Assembly: GCF_022539665.2 (NCBI RefSeq)
Contig: NC_081334.1
Span: 2,604,001 to 2,668,000 of the forward strand
Origin: Daphnia carinata
Taxonomy: Eukaryota
DNA length: 64,000 nt
Direction: 5' to 3'
The notes under the pieces were generated by a model. The model saw nothing but the letters and a program-made list of their open reading frames with translations, searched no databases and was not told where the DNA came from. The translations under genes and the position numbers were made by a program. This document shows, in pieces, positions 37,094 to 48,964 of this stretch. The first letter of the stretch is position 1. Each line of letters begins with the position of its first letter.

Positions 37094-40000
37094 GAGACGG
37101 GGCAAAACTTAGAGTCTTGATGATCAATTTTGAATTTGACGGACGAAGGAAATGGCATAGATCTAGATGGTAAATGTGAAGAAAACGTGGACCAATGGGG
37201 AATATTAGATTTTTTCACGTAACTATAACAAAGAAAACAATTTTACTTATGCCTGCTGTCTGATGCTGGAAAGACTGCAGGGCCAGCGATTAAGCAGAAG
37301 AAGGCTAAGTACTTGGCTGTTCTATAATGGGATATCTAACTTTAAAAAAAATTGCAATACTGGACAAGAAAACATTTTGATTACCAAAGTAAATGGTTTA
37401 GAGTTGCATGTCTTTGTGTGTTGACAAGCTTTGTAGAAAAGATAAGAAGACTGCTGGAATGTTGGTAGTTATTGCTGGCAACACAACATTAAGCAACACG
37501 GTACACTTGCCAGATCAAAAACTGACGGGATACAGTGAATAGATAAAGCTTGGCAGAATGACATTATGGTATTCCAACCCATAGGATTTGCACCGCTGGT
37601 GACACTCCTCCACAATCATAAATATCCTTTGCATTTCACATTTCACAAGCTAGATTTCAAAAGCAGATCAATGCCAATTTGATATTCATGGTCGAAATAT
37701 AAGTCTGATACCTCTAAATGAGCAAAATGGAAACAGAAAAATTTGCATGATTGAATGCAAATGCTAACAGTTTGTCGGTTTCAAAGCTGTCATAGATGTT
37801 CACGAGAATGCCCATTACAGTTGAAATAATCCATTAGATGTGCTTCACTTCCAAAACACATAAATATGGCACTGGTAAAACGGATTTCCATATATAAAGA
37901 TGAAAACACTTAATAGTTGATAGCACACCACTAGTTTTACTTTTCTTTGGAATTTAATACTGTTAACTATGCATTCGAACATGGGTTTCACACATCACCC
38001 ATAATGATAAAACAAACAGGCACAGCAGCGCCATCTTGTTTCCTTAATAGTAACCAAATGGAAAGTATGTTTTAATAAAAATAAAACCTACCTTTTAAAG
38101 TGTTAACTTACATGAAATTTTTAATCCTATTTGTGGTTTCCTATATAGGTGCTGTTTTTGAAAAATAAATAGCCACAAATTTTCACCAACCTGCGTTCTA
38201 TTATTGTCTTTAGTCGATTGAAAAACGAATATACCAAGTAATGAGATTAGGCCAAAGGATACATAACACCAAAAATCAAATTGGCGGCCGTACAATATGG
38301 TACAAAAGCACGAGGAAGAGCATATGTACATAAAAGGTTCGGAATTGTTTATGCCTGATTGTTATTTGTGTTAACCTAAGTTACCACGAGAAAAACAAAC
38401 AAACAAACACGGACGACATATTTTTGACGGGGATTTTTTAAGCATGTTCACACAGTCAAACGATTATAAAACAAAGATTAAAAGACGACCAAAATTGTCG
38501 TAAGAAACGTGAACGTGGTGAGCCAGAAGGTAATTACCGTTTAGTGTGAAATAGATAACGGTTACTAGTACATGCATAAAGGTTATTGATCATGGAGAAA
38601 CTTAACCTTTTGGCACGGCAGATTTTATGGACCCATACCTATTCGATGGCTGCCGGTGCATTCCCCCCCCCCCCCCCACAGGAGTTCCAATGAAATTATA
38701 TACGCTAACTGCTGTAAATAATAGTTGTAATTTTCCTGGTGTAATGCATGTCCATCAGTATAAATTAGTCTGAAAACAAAAAAAAAATATTAGACAAAAA
38801 TATACATGGCTGTTGGTGTTGCCACAACAACTACACTCATGATCTTATGAAAATCACGGTTATCATACATTTTCAAATTTCATTAAATATCAAAGTCCCC
38901 TATCCTTTCAGAAGCCGGCAATCAGATTTTGCGTGAATAAATAAAAAGTGTTTAACATTAAACACATTTATAAAACGAATCGTTTGAGTTGAAATCAGCG
39001 GTAATTATCTAGGTACTATTGTTTTCGCTACTTAAGAAATTTAAGGGTTTGTAACAACTTTTAATAGTTTTTCAATTGAGCCGTAATCTTTCACTTTTCT
39101 CTTTTTGGAGAGGGGAAACTACATATTTTATAGAGTAGGTTAAATTAAGTTATTACTTGCAAATATCGGTGGTGATCGGATCCATTTTTCTTCAGTGACG
39201 ATTCCATATCCACTTGTCCTTCCGACGTTCCCAGGTTTTACCCACATATACGACATCGAGAAGAGAAAAAAAAATCTAAAATGAAAATGAACACATATTG
39301 CAATAAAAAGGCAACAAAAAAATACCAAGCTTTGCATGTAGACACCGTGAAAGTTAGCACGCTACTAAGTTGGTAAGGTTAAAACGGATTTCGGATTCCC
39401 TACATTCGATTCTCCAAACGCCTAAGGATATTCCTTGGAGATTTGTGCAATAGGATGGAACAAATTGTGGGGGCAGGACACGAATCAATTGTCCAACAGC
39501 GATGGGCCTTTTGTATTTTCGTCCCCCATATTCTGTTTACTCCAGGAAGAAGGAAAAAAAAAGAAAAAAAGTTTATGAGGTGGCATTTAAAACAGTAGGC
39601 AGAACTGCTGCAAATCAAACTAGGAAATGTGAAAAAAGTGTATCCTTTACCTTACCCCTCCCTTTCCTCAGGTATGGCTGCTGAATTGCTAGTTAGCAAA
39701 GCCACAGCGCAGGTGGCGACGTTATTATTTCAGGAAAACTATTGGTATAACGAATGAAAAGAACCAAAAAACAGGCCTGGATGATAGAATGTTTCGGATT
39801 ACATGCGGAAGTGCTATATCCGTTTAATCACCTAGACAATTTACATCAAATAAGAACAATAAATTTAGCATAGGAGAGCTTAACTGCATATCAACTAAAA
39901 CGAGTTAACAATAAAAAAATGGAAGGCTATAAGTCAATTTCTACATGCACAACTTTATTCTGCAAGTTGATGATTATACTAATATGCTACCAGTGAATGT

Positions 40001-41007
40001 TTTACTTTATCTTTTCTTGATAACAACCTTGCTATGAATGTGGAGCAATGTGATCAGTGGGAATTGGGTGGATGGTTGTTATTAAAGAAGAGAATGGTTT
40101 ATTTTCTTTTGACCTCATTTCTAATTAAGCTTCTTATCCTCAAACGACCTAATGATCAACGTAATTTCTAATTCATAAACATTTTGCCATTATTTGACCA
40201 TCCACCCAGTAATTAACAATACAACAAGTGCCTGTCTGCATGGGTTTCATTTCCCACAGACCATGCTTGAATCGGTTTAAATGTTACTTGAGTTTTTTAT
40301 CTGAAGTAGATTTCAGGCCAATTGAATTCTAAACAAAGGCATATTATTTTAGTTTTGTCATACCTTTTCCCCTGTTGAATCACCAGGTTTATTGGTTATG
40401 AAAAAACCAACAGAATAAAATGAATAAAATCTTATGCACACCATAGGTACCTTTTAAATACCTCAGATGTTCTCTTATACCTGCTAATACTGGTTCCGCT
40501 TGCCTCTAATTACAGGGGGAAACCTACTGTAAAAGAAAAAAAGTCATACCATTAATATTATTTCCAATAGCACTTTTGCATGAAAATCTTCGTGAATTCT
40601 GTGATACGTACGTACGTAAATATAATGAGCAACTTCCAAAACGTGGACTCAACAGATTGACAAAAGTTAACAGTCAGAATGGCGGCATGGCCAACGAAAC
40701 CATCTTCTGCTACTGCGTTTGGCTTTTGACTCCCTATTGCCATAAAAAATATTTTCGTAAACTTTGTTTAAACCATGCCACAAATTAACGGTGAAGTGCT
40801 AACAATTTTTACATTGCACCATATTCAAATCGTTTTTCCAGTGGTCTGAGTAAATAGGGATGTCGTTTATCGATATACCGTATCGAAAAACATGACGGAA
40901 AACCGATATTGATTGATTATATCGAGAAATCCGACATAGGCATTTAGTAAACGCCATCTATCAGTAAAGAAAATAATCAAATGTAAATCAACCTCATTGA
41001 GAACTAG

Positions 41008-41298
41008 CGTGCCAGTACGCGCCAGCGCTAACGCCGTACAAAAATTCGGTGCATTTCCAAAACGGTTCATTTAGTGAAAAAACATACTATTTTTTCGGAA
41101 CCAGGATTCAGTTTTGAGTATACTGTGTGATTTTCAAAAAATTCTAATGACTGTCAGATTTTACATATTTTTGAGAGAAAATTCCCACGGTATCGCCGCC
41201 AGTACGTGATAGCGCGCCAGAACGGCCCAGCGCGAAGCAGCACAAAATATTAGGTGCATTTCCAAAACAGTTGATTTAATAAAAAAAAATACAATTTT
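41008..41298 (+). repeat. Imperfect ~88-bp direct repeat (2 copies, ~200 bp apart)
   Basis: GCGYGCCAG.ACG...CAGCGC.AA...G.ACAAAA...GGTGCATTTCCAAAAC.GTT.ATTTA at ~41008-41095 and ~41212-41298. Confidence 0.75.
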
Positions 41299-41441
41299 CT
41301 CTGCAGCCTACTTTTCAATAAGTGGAGAATTATGAGAAATCTTTGGAAAAGTTATTTGCACAATGAAATTGTATTTTTTAACAGTGTACCAACCTGGATT
41401 AGGATGTAACATCAATATTGTTTAATACATAAATAAATGTT

Positions 41442-42852
41442 TCATAAAATTTTCGGTGATCCCCATGGATGCAAAACTGTCAACTCTAGCTGTAGACTTC
41501 GCTTTTCTATAGCGGTCGTATACAAAAACGTAGCTAATACGATGAATAAAGTTCCGACAATAAATATCGGCGTTACATTAAAATCATCCAGTAAGATATA
41601 AGAAAGAATACAGGATAAAACTATTGAATTCGAAGTTGCAAATGTTTTTAAAATATTATCTGCGTACTTCATAATGCCAGCAACTATTATTCCTCCTGAT
41701 GCCTGATGAAAATTATGAAACATTAAATATTCGTCTTTAGGTTTTAATATTCTTTTACCTGCATAGTTGCTATCAACCACACAAAAGGACTATATCCATG
41801 AAAATAGCCTTGATTGATAACCGTACTACCATCTTTCATTAAAACGCCTAACGAGGCAAAAAGAACAGAAAACAAACCTAAAAGCGCCAAAGCAGAAAAA
41901 GTGGCTAAGCTAGCCCCATCGCATCATTCAAGGAGAAATTAATAACTTACTTAATTGAATGCTTCTTATTAACAAAGACGATTGCTTTCCATTTTTGATA
42001 AGTTTCTCGTTATAAACCCCGGCGAAACCGCTGGTCAGCGTAGCGCAGCTAATCGCTATAAGTCCAAAGACGTAAACTGTTCCTTCTCTTTGCGAACGGA
42101 AACTGAAGCCACCACTTTCTTCGTTGACATTAAGCTACTCAAACATATTGACCATTATCATTTTTCAAAATAGGTAATTTACTTGAAACTTACTTGAGTC
42201 AAAATCACCCCTATCATTAATAAGAAGAGAGAAATCCATCTTTTCACTGGCAATTTTTGTTTCAGCAATATCCTTGCAAACAACGCCGTCGTCACGATTC
42301 TCGCTTGATAAGTGACCTTTCAGATGGGCAAAAAACCGATTAGTAACATAATATTCTGCAAGTGGGAGATCTTGCTGCACGTCTTAAAAGACCATATGAT
42401 ATCCTCTTACTTGATATGTGGCTGCGTCGAGACAAGATAATGAATAAATAATTAAATTGTCTTGCACGACATACAACAAGCTTGGCAATGCCAGGTGAAC
42501 CGTGTCAAACGGTCGGCATACTATTTCGTCATAGAGCAGCTGGACTGTTTTTCGTATGGAAAATTTCAGCTGCACCGTCATGAGGAGAGTGAGAATCAGC
42601 AAGAGTTTTATTACTTCCATTGTAAGTACCAATGTTGATACGACGTACTTATTTTTAGACGTAGCCGCGTTGATCATCGAAGCCCGTAAACAGAGTATTG
42701 TCGCAGTATTCTGTGAGAAAATACTACGTTATGTAAAAACATATCGAATGATACATTTCAACTAGGCAAGCGATAACAGAAAAACAGAATTTTACCTGCA
42801 GTGTTAATAGTAACAATAAGCCATAGCGAATGACTGATGAAGATCTAAACAT
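41442..42852 (-). CDS. SLC35A-family nucleotide-sugar transporter (UDP-Gal/UDP-GlcNAc/CMP-Sia-like)
   Basis: Exons 42852-42796, 42710-42411, 42316-42194, 42134-41951, 41877-41759, 41702-41442. Motifs EVIKL, PSLLYVVQDNL, LDAATYQVTYQ, SGFAGVYNEK, GGIIVAGIMKYADNILKTFATS. Confidence 0.9.
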
Positions 42853-44419
42853 TTTCTTATATTACTCGGGCTAAACCACCATAGTTTTCACGTAAATGAA
42901 ATGGAATCCAATGAATAAGAAACAACTCTGTTGTAGAAAAGGTTAGGTTAACAGCCAGCTCCGCTCCATTAAAGCCACTTGCTTTGTTGTCTACGTGGCT
43001 CAAGTGCGTGGAAAGGGAAGAAACAAATTAGTATATGCTATGTGGATTACTGGGGCGCTGCGAGATCATACCTACCGTCATCGTAGTAGCGCCCGTGAGA
43101 TGATTGATGGACCCGTTATTTCTGTATGGACTGAGGCGTTTGTCGTAATCATCTTTTTCTCTTCCTCGCCAAGGTTACGATGCATGAAAGACAAGGCTTC
43201 TGTACTTGTTGAACCACCATTCTCAAACTACAGTGTTACTGTTCTTCTTTGTGCGGCACCTGTTGCGGCTGTTATACCTGTGTTTTAATTTAATTAAATA
43301 ATAAGTGTTGTGGCATATTTCCTGTTTGGCGAAATGAAGAAATTACACAACCATGAACAGAACGATCATTGCTTTTTTACCTATACGTTTAGCTTTATTT
43401 GTTTGATGCTAGTGACTGACCACGACTGGTTATGGTCGGGCTGCCGTATAGGACGTAAAAAAAAAAAAAAATTATCGATGGGTGCTGGAAAGCATAAACC
43501 TAGTTTTCAGGAGGAACCTGAGAAGAACGGCTTAAAGAATTTTAGTATGTGCAATCCATTAAAAAACTACTATTATTGCACAATTTGGCAAATTAATCCA
43601 AGTAAGGGGTGATTGAAAAGAACCTTTCGATATTCAAAAAGCTTCTATAATACTAATTGCCTTGCGAACGAAACATAAATCGTTTTACAAAATCATGTAT
43701 ACTTGGACGTCCATATCCTAGTTATCAGCGCGTCGACTGTTGATCATCAAAGGCTATGGATGAGGCTTAAGCAATGTACATGGGCATATTGAACCTGAAC
43801 TTGGGGCACGAGTCTACGGCCTGATGAGACCCTTTTGTGGTCAATTAATAATTCGTTAAACGAAATTTGGCGAAAAAAAAAAACACAACAAAATAAAACA
43901 AAAGAGCAAACAACATAAAGCATGACTTAACGTAACTAAACAAAATCATTAACCTTCTGGTAGTTCGTAATGAATTAGTTCAATGCAGACGAGCGTTTTG
44001 GTAGATTGTTCGACTCTTGAAACATGCAAAAAAAATATTTTCAGGTAAAATTTTTGTTTTGAAACAATGATTGTTTCAAAATATAGGTCGATATTGTGAA
44101 AACATACCTTTAAGATTTGTATTGGCTCACAAACTAGATCAAATCTAGGGAAGAATGACACATTTTTCCCTTGGTTTCAACCTTCACCCCTGCTGAACGT
44201 AAACTGCGCGAAGCTGGCATGAAATTGTACTGAAATTTTTGGAGGTTAAAAACAATTGACTGCGTACCGTCGCACTACGGTTTGACATTTCATTTGGTAG
44301 ATCAGCCACAGAAATAAAGCAGTAGTCGTCTACAAGCCAATCCGTCATCCCAGCAAGCGTTGTTAATCTTTTGTGAAAAACATAGTATTTTTGTTGACGG
44401 CAATTAGAATAATAAGAAA

Positions 44420-46141
44420 ATGTTGTACTTGGAAGATTATTTGGAAAGTATGTCAGTGTTTCAAGTGATAATAATGATTAAGGTTGAAATTTAAATATTA
44501 CCACCTCCCTCTTTGTAGTGATAGAGCATTTGCCCCAAGAACTGAGGGATCGATTTACGGAAATGCGCGAAATGGATTTACAAGTTCAAAGTAACAATCG
44601 AATGTGTCGTGATTTTAAGTTTCCTTCAGAAAAATAACTGTTTTCGTTGGGACAGATACTACTGATAGCATTGAGGAGAGAATTCGTGTTTTGTTTAGCA
44701 ATGCTAAGAAGCTGAAAACTCCAGAACGAGATGCAGAATATGAAAACATTCGCAAAGACTACTTTAAAGTGTTGGATGATGCTGGTAATTGTCACAAATA
44801 GTTTGATAATTATTCAGCCTTTTATTACTGTGAGTGATTTGATGACAATCAAGATGAAAAAGTTCAACAAGCCAACCAAATGTATGATTTGGTTGACCGA
44901 TACCTGAGGCGGTTGGACCAGGAACTTCATAAATTTAAAATGGAACTGGAAGCTGACAACAGAGGCATCACAGAAGTATTGGAAAAGCGTAAGTAGTCCA
45001 AGTTTGTTTTTGTTTTCTTTACCTTCTGAGATTGTCATTGTTTTGCACATTACATTAAAATAGGTTCACTTGAACTGGACATGCACAATGGGTCCCATTC
45101 ACAAAAGGAAAATCGTCACGTAACCTCCCATTCACGAGTGGCGGAAAGAGATCGTGAAAGAGACGGAAGGCGCGCAGCTGGGTATGAGACTTACATTTCC
45201 ACAATGCTATAGTATATAGAACATTCTTTAAAACTGAATTTTAATGTGTTCAGGGGAACTCAAATGAATAGACAAAGTAGTGCTGCTAGCCTACCTGCAC
45301 TGGAAAAAACATGGTACGGAGAGACTCCAGCTGCCTCTCAAGCGATTCCTTCTGCAACGTTGGCGGTTACAGCTCCTATTTCGGCTACATTAGGCCACAG
45401 CAGTTCGGGGAACTCTGTTATAGCCGCAGCCGCTGCGCAAGCGATTGCTGCAACACAACAGGTATAATGCTCGCAGGCTTGATTTGGTTGCATTACTTGT
45501 TTAAAAACAAGATTCGACCCCTTTCTAGGTGCAACAAGGTCGACGTAGTGCAAGCATGAAAGCCTCGTACGAAGCTCTGCAGCAATTCACGCAGTCCACT
45601 GATGTGGGTGTTTTGGGAATCACCCCTAATTTGTCTCTCCCATCAGTCGATGCACGTGAAGTGGCGGCTAACGCAACGGCCTTGGTGTCTGCTGGCCACT
45701 CAACAAAGAAACAGAAAAAGTAATAAGTAAATCATTTCTCCGTATGCAACAAAACTCATTAGATTTTTACGCTAGGAAGCGAGAACCAGCCGTTGAATTG
45801 CCTGTGGTTCCAAGTGAACCGATGGAAGTCGCCGCCGAAGAGGCCATGGAAACCGAAGAATGTGTCGAAGGCGAATGGGCCCCAGATCCTAATGAACCCC
45901 GCTACTGTTTGTGCAACCAAGTCAGTTATGGCGACATGGTGGCATGTGACAATCCAGACGTAAGGATGATTTACTGTTCAATCATAACAAAGCGGTTCTT
46001 TATAGCCCGATGACTTTTGTTTGGCAGTGCCCTCTAGAGTGGTTCCATTACGCTTGCGTCGACATAACAGCTCCTCCCAAAGGGAAATGGTATTGCCCTC
46101 GCTGCGCTACGTCAATGAAGCGAAGAGGGAGGAAGCAGTAA
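44420..46141 (+). CDS. ING3: Inhibitor of growth protein 3 (NuA4/Tip60 subunit)
   Basis: N-terminus [53 protein letters not shown]-terminal [38 protein letters not shown]...[13 protein letters not shown] at 46139-46141. Confidence 0.95.
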
Positions 46142-48247
46142 GCTATTTGGACTTGTCGGTTGTATGAGACTTTTTTTTTAGTCTTGTATTTGGTATTTGC
46201 TGTATTAAAGAGAATTATGTAGATGTCAATGACGTGCACGGTAATGAAATGTTTGATTGTTCTCAGCTGAGAGTTGGAACCATTTGGGGCGACAAAAGCA
46301 TAATGCGAGAAAGAAAAGGGCCAGTAGGTTCGCTGTGTCGTTCCTTACATTTGGCTTTGCTTTTCGACGTGAAAATCCTAGCCATTCCCTGCTGGTCTTT
46401 GACGTGTTTCCAGCACTCGGGGCTGCTGGACTAGAAGTTTTGGGATCTAGTAAAGCCTAAGAGCAGATTCATTGGTGTACGTGTTTTTTTTTTTTATTTG
46501 AAAATGTTGTATTGATTCATGGATTAATGGAATGCGAGGCCACGTCTATGTACAGCGGCAACAATACAAGAAACGGTCGAGGGGAATAAAACACGGTGCG
46601 AATTCGTCCGAAATCAAATCGAAAGAGAGATAGGTAAAGGAAAGAGAAAGATGCAATAGAAGAGAAGAGGAAATCAGAACAGTTATCAAATAAATTTGGG
46701 AGACATAAAACAACTTATATTAGGTGTTCCTTTTGCTTTGCCGATACACACACACATCAAAGAGGCTTGAAAACCATTGATCGCTTTGTGATCGAACCGA
46801 CTTTGAATTGAAATATACATAAGAGCCTAAATTGGCGAATGGCAGGTAATTGAGATTTTTTCTTTAACGAGGAGGGATGTTGGGTGTAATAAGGTTTAAA
46901 CAGATCATCGTGCCAATGATCGTCCGATTGATTTTCAAAATAAAGCCTATCGTAATCGAAATAAATGAATCTGGATTTCCCCTCCTAAACTCAATAGATT
47001 CTCAACAAAAAAACAAAACAAACTTCTCTTTGTTTCACTGACGATGAGTCACGCAGTGTGGCGCGAAGATGTGTCTAGTTGGTTAAAGGCTTGTTAAGAA
47101 ACATCCTTGGTTAAGGCTTCTTATCGTCTATATGTACAAAGATATATACTAAAAAAAAAAAAAAGAGGGCAACATGTTGGACTGTGAAAAAAAGAAACGG
47201 CAGCGACAGAAAAACATGTGTCCTAACAACCAAATACTGTCGAAGAGCTGCAACACTCGTTTACTTGGAACGAGAATCCAAAGCCCTTATCCCCCCCCCC
47301 CCCCCCACTCAATTTGGAATATAATCCCTTAAGCTAGAAAAATACAAAAACAATAAAAATCAGAAAATTTCGAGACTGAGATTTCGTACCGGCCGGAGTC
47401 GCAATTTAGACAGGACGACAAGGGAACGCTTTTCGATTTGCTTAGGTAATAGAGAAACACAACAATGCCGCCAAGGAGGAACATACTTAGATGAGGAGAT
47501 AATCCAGAAAATCAAAAAAAAAAAGAAAAAAAAAAATTGGAGAAGGAAACGACCGAGCATAGATTACAATCGTTTCTCAAAGCTCTACGAAACACGAAAT
47601 GATTAACAACCGGTCCAAAAAGAAAAAAAACGAAGACGAAAGAAGCAGCACCATAGGGGAACATTCTCGTTAGAAAGGAACCCCGCAAAACACATCCAAA
47701 ACCCGACGAGGAATTGACACAGCAGCAAACTCATTCCTTGAAAATTCTTCGTTGTTTGTGTGTGTGTGTGTGTGTGTTTTAGTTTTTTTTTTTTTTCTTT
47801 ATGTGCCGTGTGCACGTCCGCTATGTGTGTGTGCCCATCAACAAAAAACGTCCGATGGAAGCCGGGTAAATTGCAGACGAAATGTGCTGTGTGTATACGG
47901 TGGTGTTCGTGATTTTTCCTCTTCGTTTTTTTTTTTTTTTTTTTTTTCCTTTTACACGATGGCAGATTTGGTGGGGCGGGAAATGCAGAGAGAAAAAAAG
48001 GGGGGGGGGGAAGAGACATAAAAAAATAGCAATCGGACTCGAACGAGACGAAACAAAACAACAGTTGTTTTTTGTTTTTGTTTTTTAGCCGAAAAACAAA
48101 ACAAAACAAAACAAAAACAAAATATGCTGTGCTCACGAGAAGGGCGTTATCACAGATGTACAAACTGTACTCGCCTCGGTGCGGGTTTTTCGGCCTACAA
48201 AGAGGTCGATGCTGCCAACCAAAGCTCAAACGCTTTATTAAAATTTT

Positions 48248-48293
<46 letters not shown>

Positions 48294-48964
48294 TAAGTAT
48301 TGCGTTGACGTTGTATTGTTTACAACTGTACGATATTTAATAATAACGATAGTAATATTAATAATAAAGAGGAATAACGATAGAAAGGGAATTTAAAGAG
48401 CTGGACCTCGGATGTCGTTTCAAAAGTGACCAACAAACGATAATTGATAATCTTTATGACGATTAAAGTAAATTGGAATCGACCAATAAACAGACAAGAG
48501 GATTTCGAAAAGAGCGGGCGACGAAACGAACGAATGACCAAGGAAAAAAAAAAAAAACAACAAAAATTTGATATTGCAATTTGTCTTTGTGAAAATAATT
48601 CTGCAACGTTGAGCCTTTGCCGTTGTGCTGAATATATGCATTCTTTAAATAAGCTTTGATATCGGATGAAGTCAATCATCAAGAATATAACGGGCAAGTG
48701 GAGTGGGGGAAAGCCTTCCGAGGACGGAAGGAGGAGGGACGAGAAAAAGCCAAAAAAAAAATAAATAAATAAAAACCCAAAACCAAAACAAATGCTGTCT
48801 CAAAATGTGCAGCAAATTGAAATTGAATTTGCCTCGCTACCTGTTAAAGTGCTCCGTGTGTGTGTGTGTGTGTGTGTGTGTGATTCGATTACCCCATATA
48901 TAGCATATGAAATAATTTAAAAAGAAGAAGATGAGCTGATGATGGAGGGCGAGGCTGGTCGCGG

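Larger units (their letters stand above)
30934..41403. mobile_element. Possible decayed ~10.5-kb DNA transposon/accessory island with nested repeats
   Basis: No intact gene. Stop-interrupted exon-like blocks with GT-AG boundaries on + (~31.4-34.5 kb) and - (~37.2-40.6 kb). Six short colinear inverted matches between the two ends; no TSD and no recognisable transposase. Confidence 0.3.

Noticed and set aside
36197..37218. Three 300+ aa ORFs (RLASP repeats) as protein-coding genes
   Set aside because: The repeat has no stop in any frame because of its composition; there are no credible starts or domain content.
40855..40940. hAT-like terminus TAGGGATG followed by TATCGATA-type repeats
   Set aside because: No matching inverted end or 8-bp TSD found nearby.
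42995..43612. Possible small gene upstream of the SLC35A transporter
   Set aside because: The exon-like block on minus (~43278-43075) has stops in all three frames and the plus ORFs lack ATG starts or motifs; may be 5'UTR or relic sequence.
43821..43846. Hammerhead ribozyme: CTGATGA followed by stem GACC/GGTC
   Set aside because: The stem is followed by AATT instead of the essential GAAA and no stem III or cleavage triplet is evident; at most a truncated relic.
46234..48697. ORFs between ING3 and the para stop codon
   Set aside because: Poly-Phe/poly-Lys translations of homopolymer runs in probable 3'UTR sequence.
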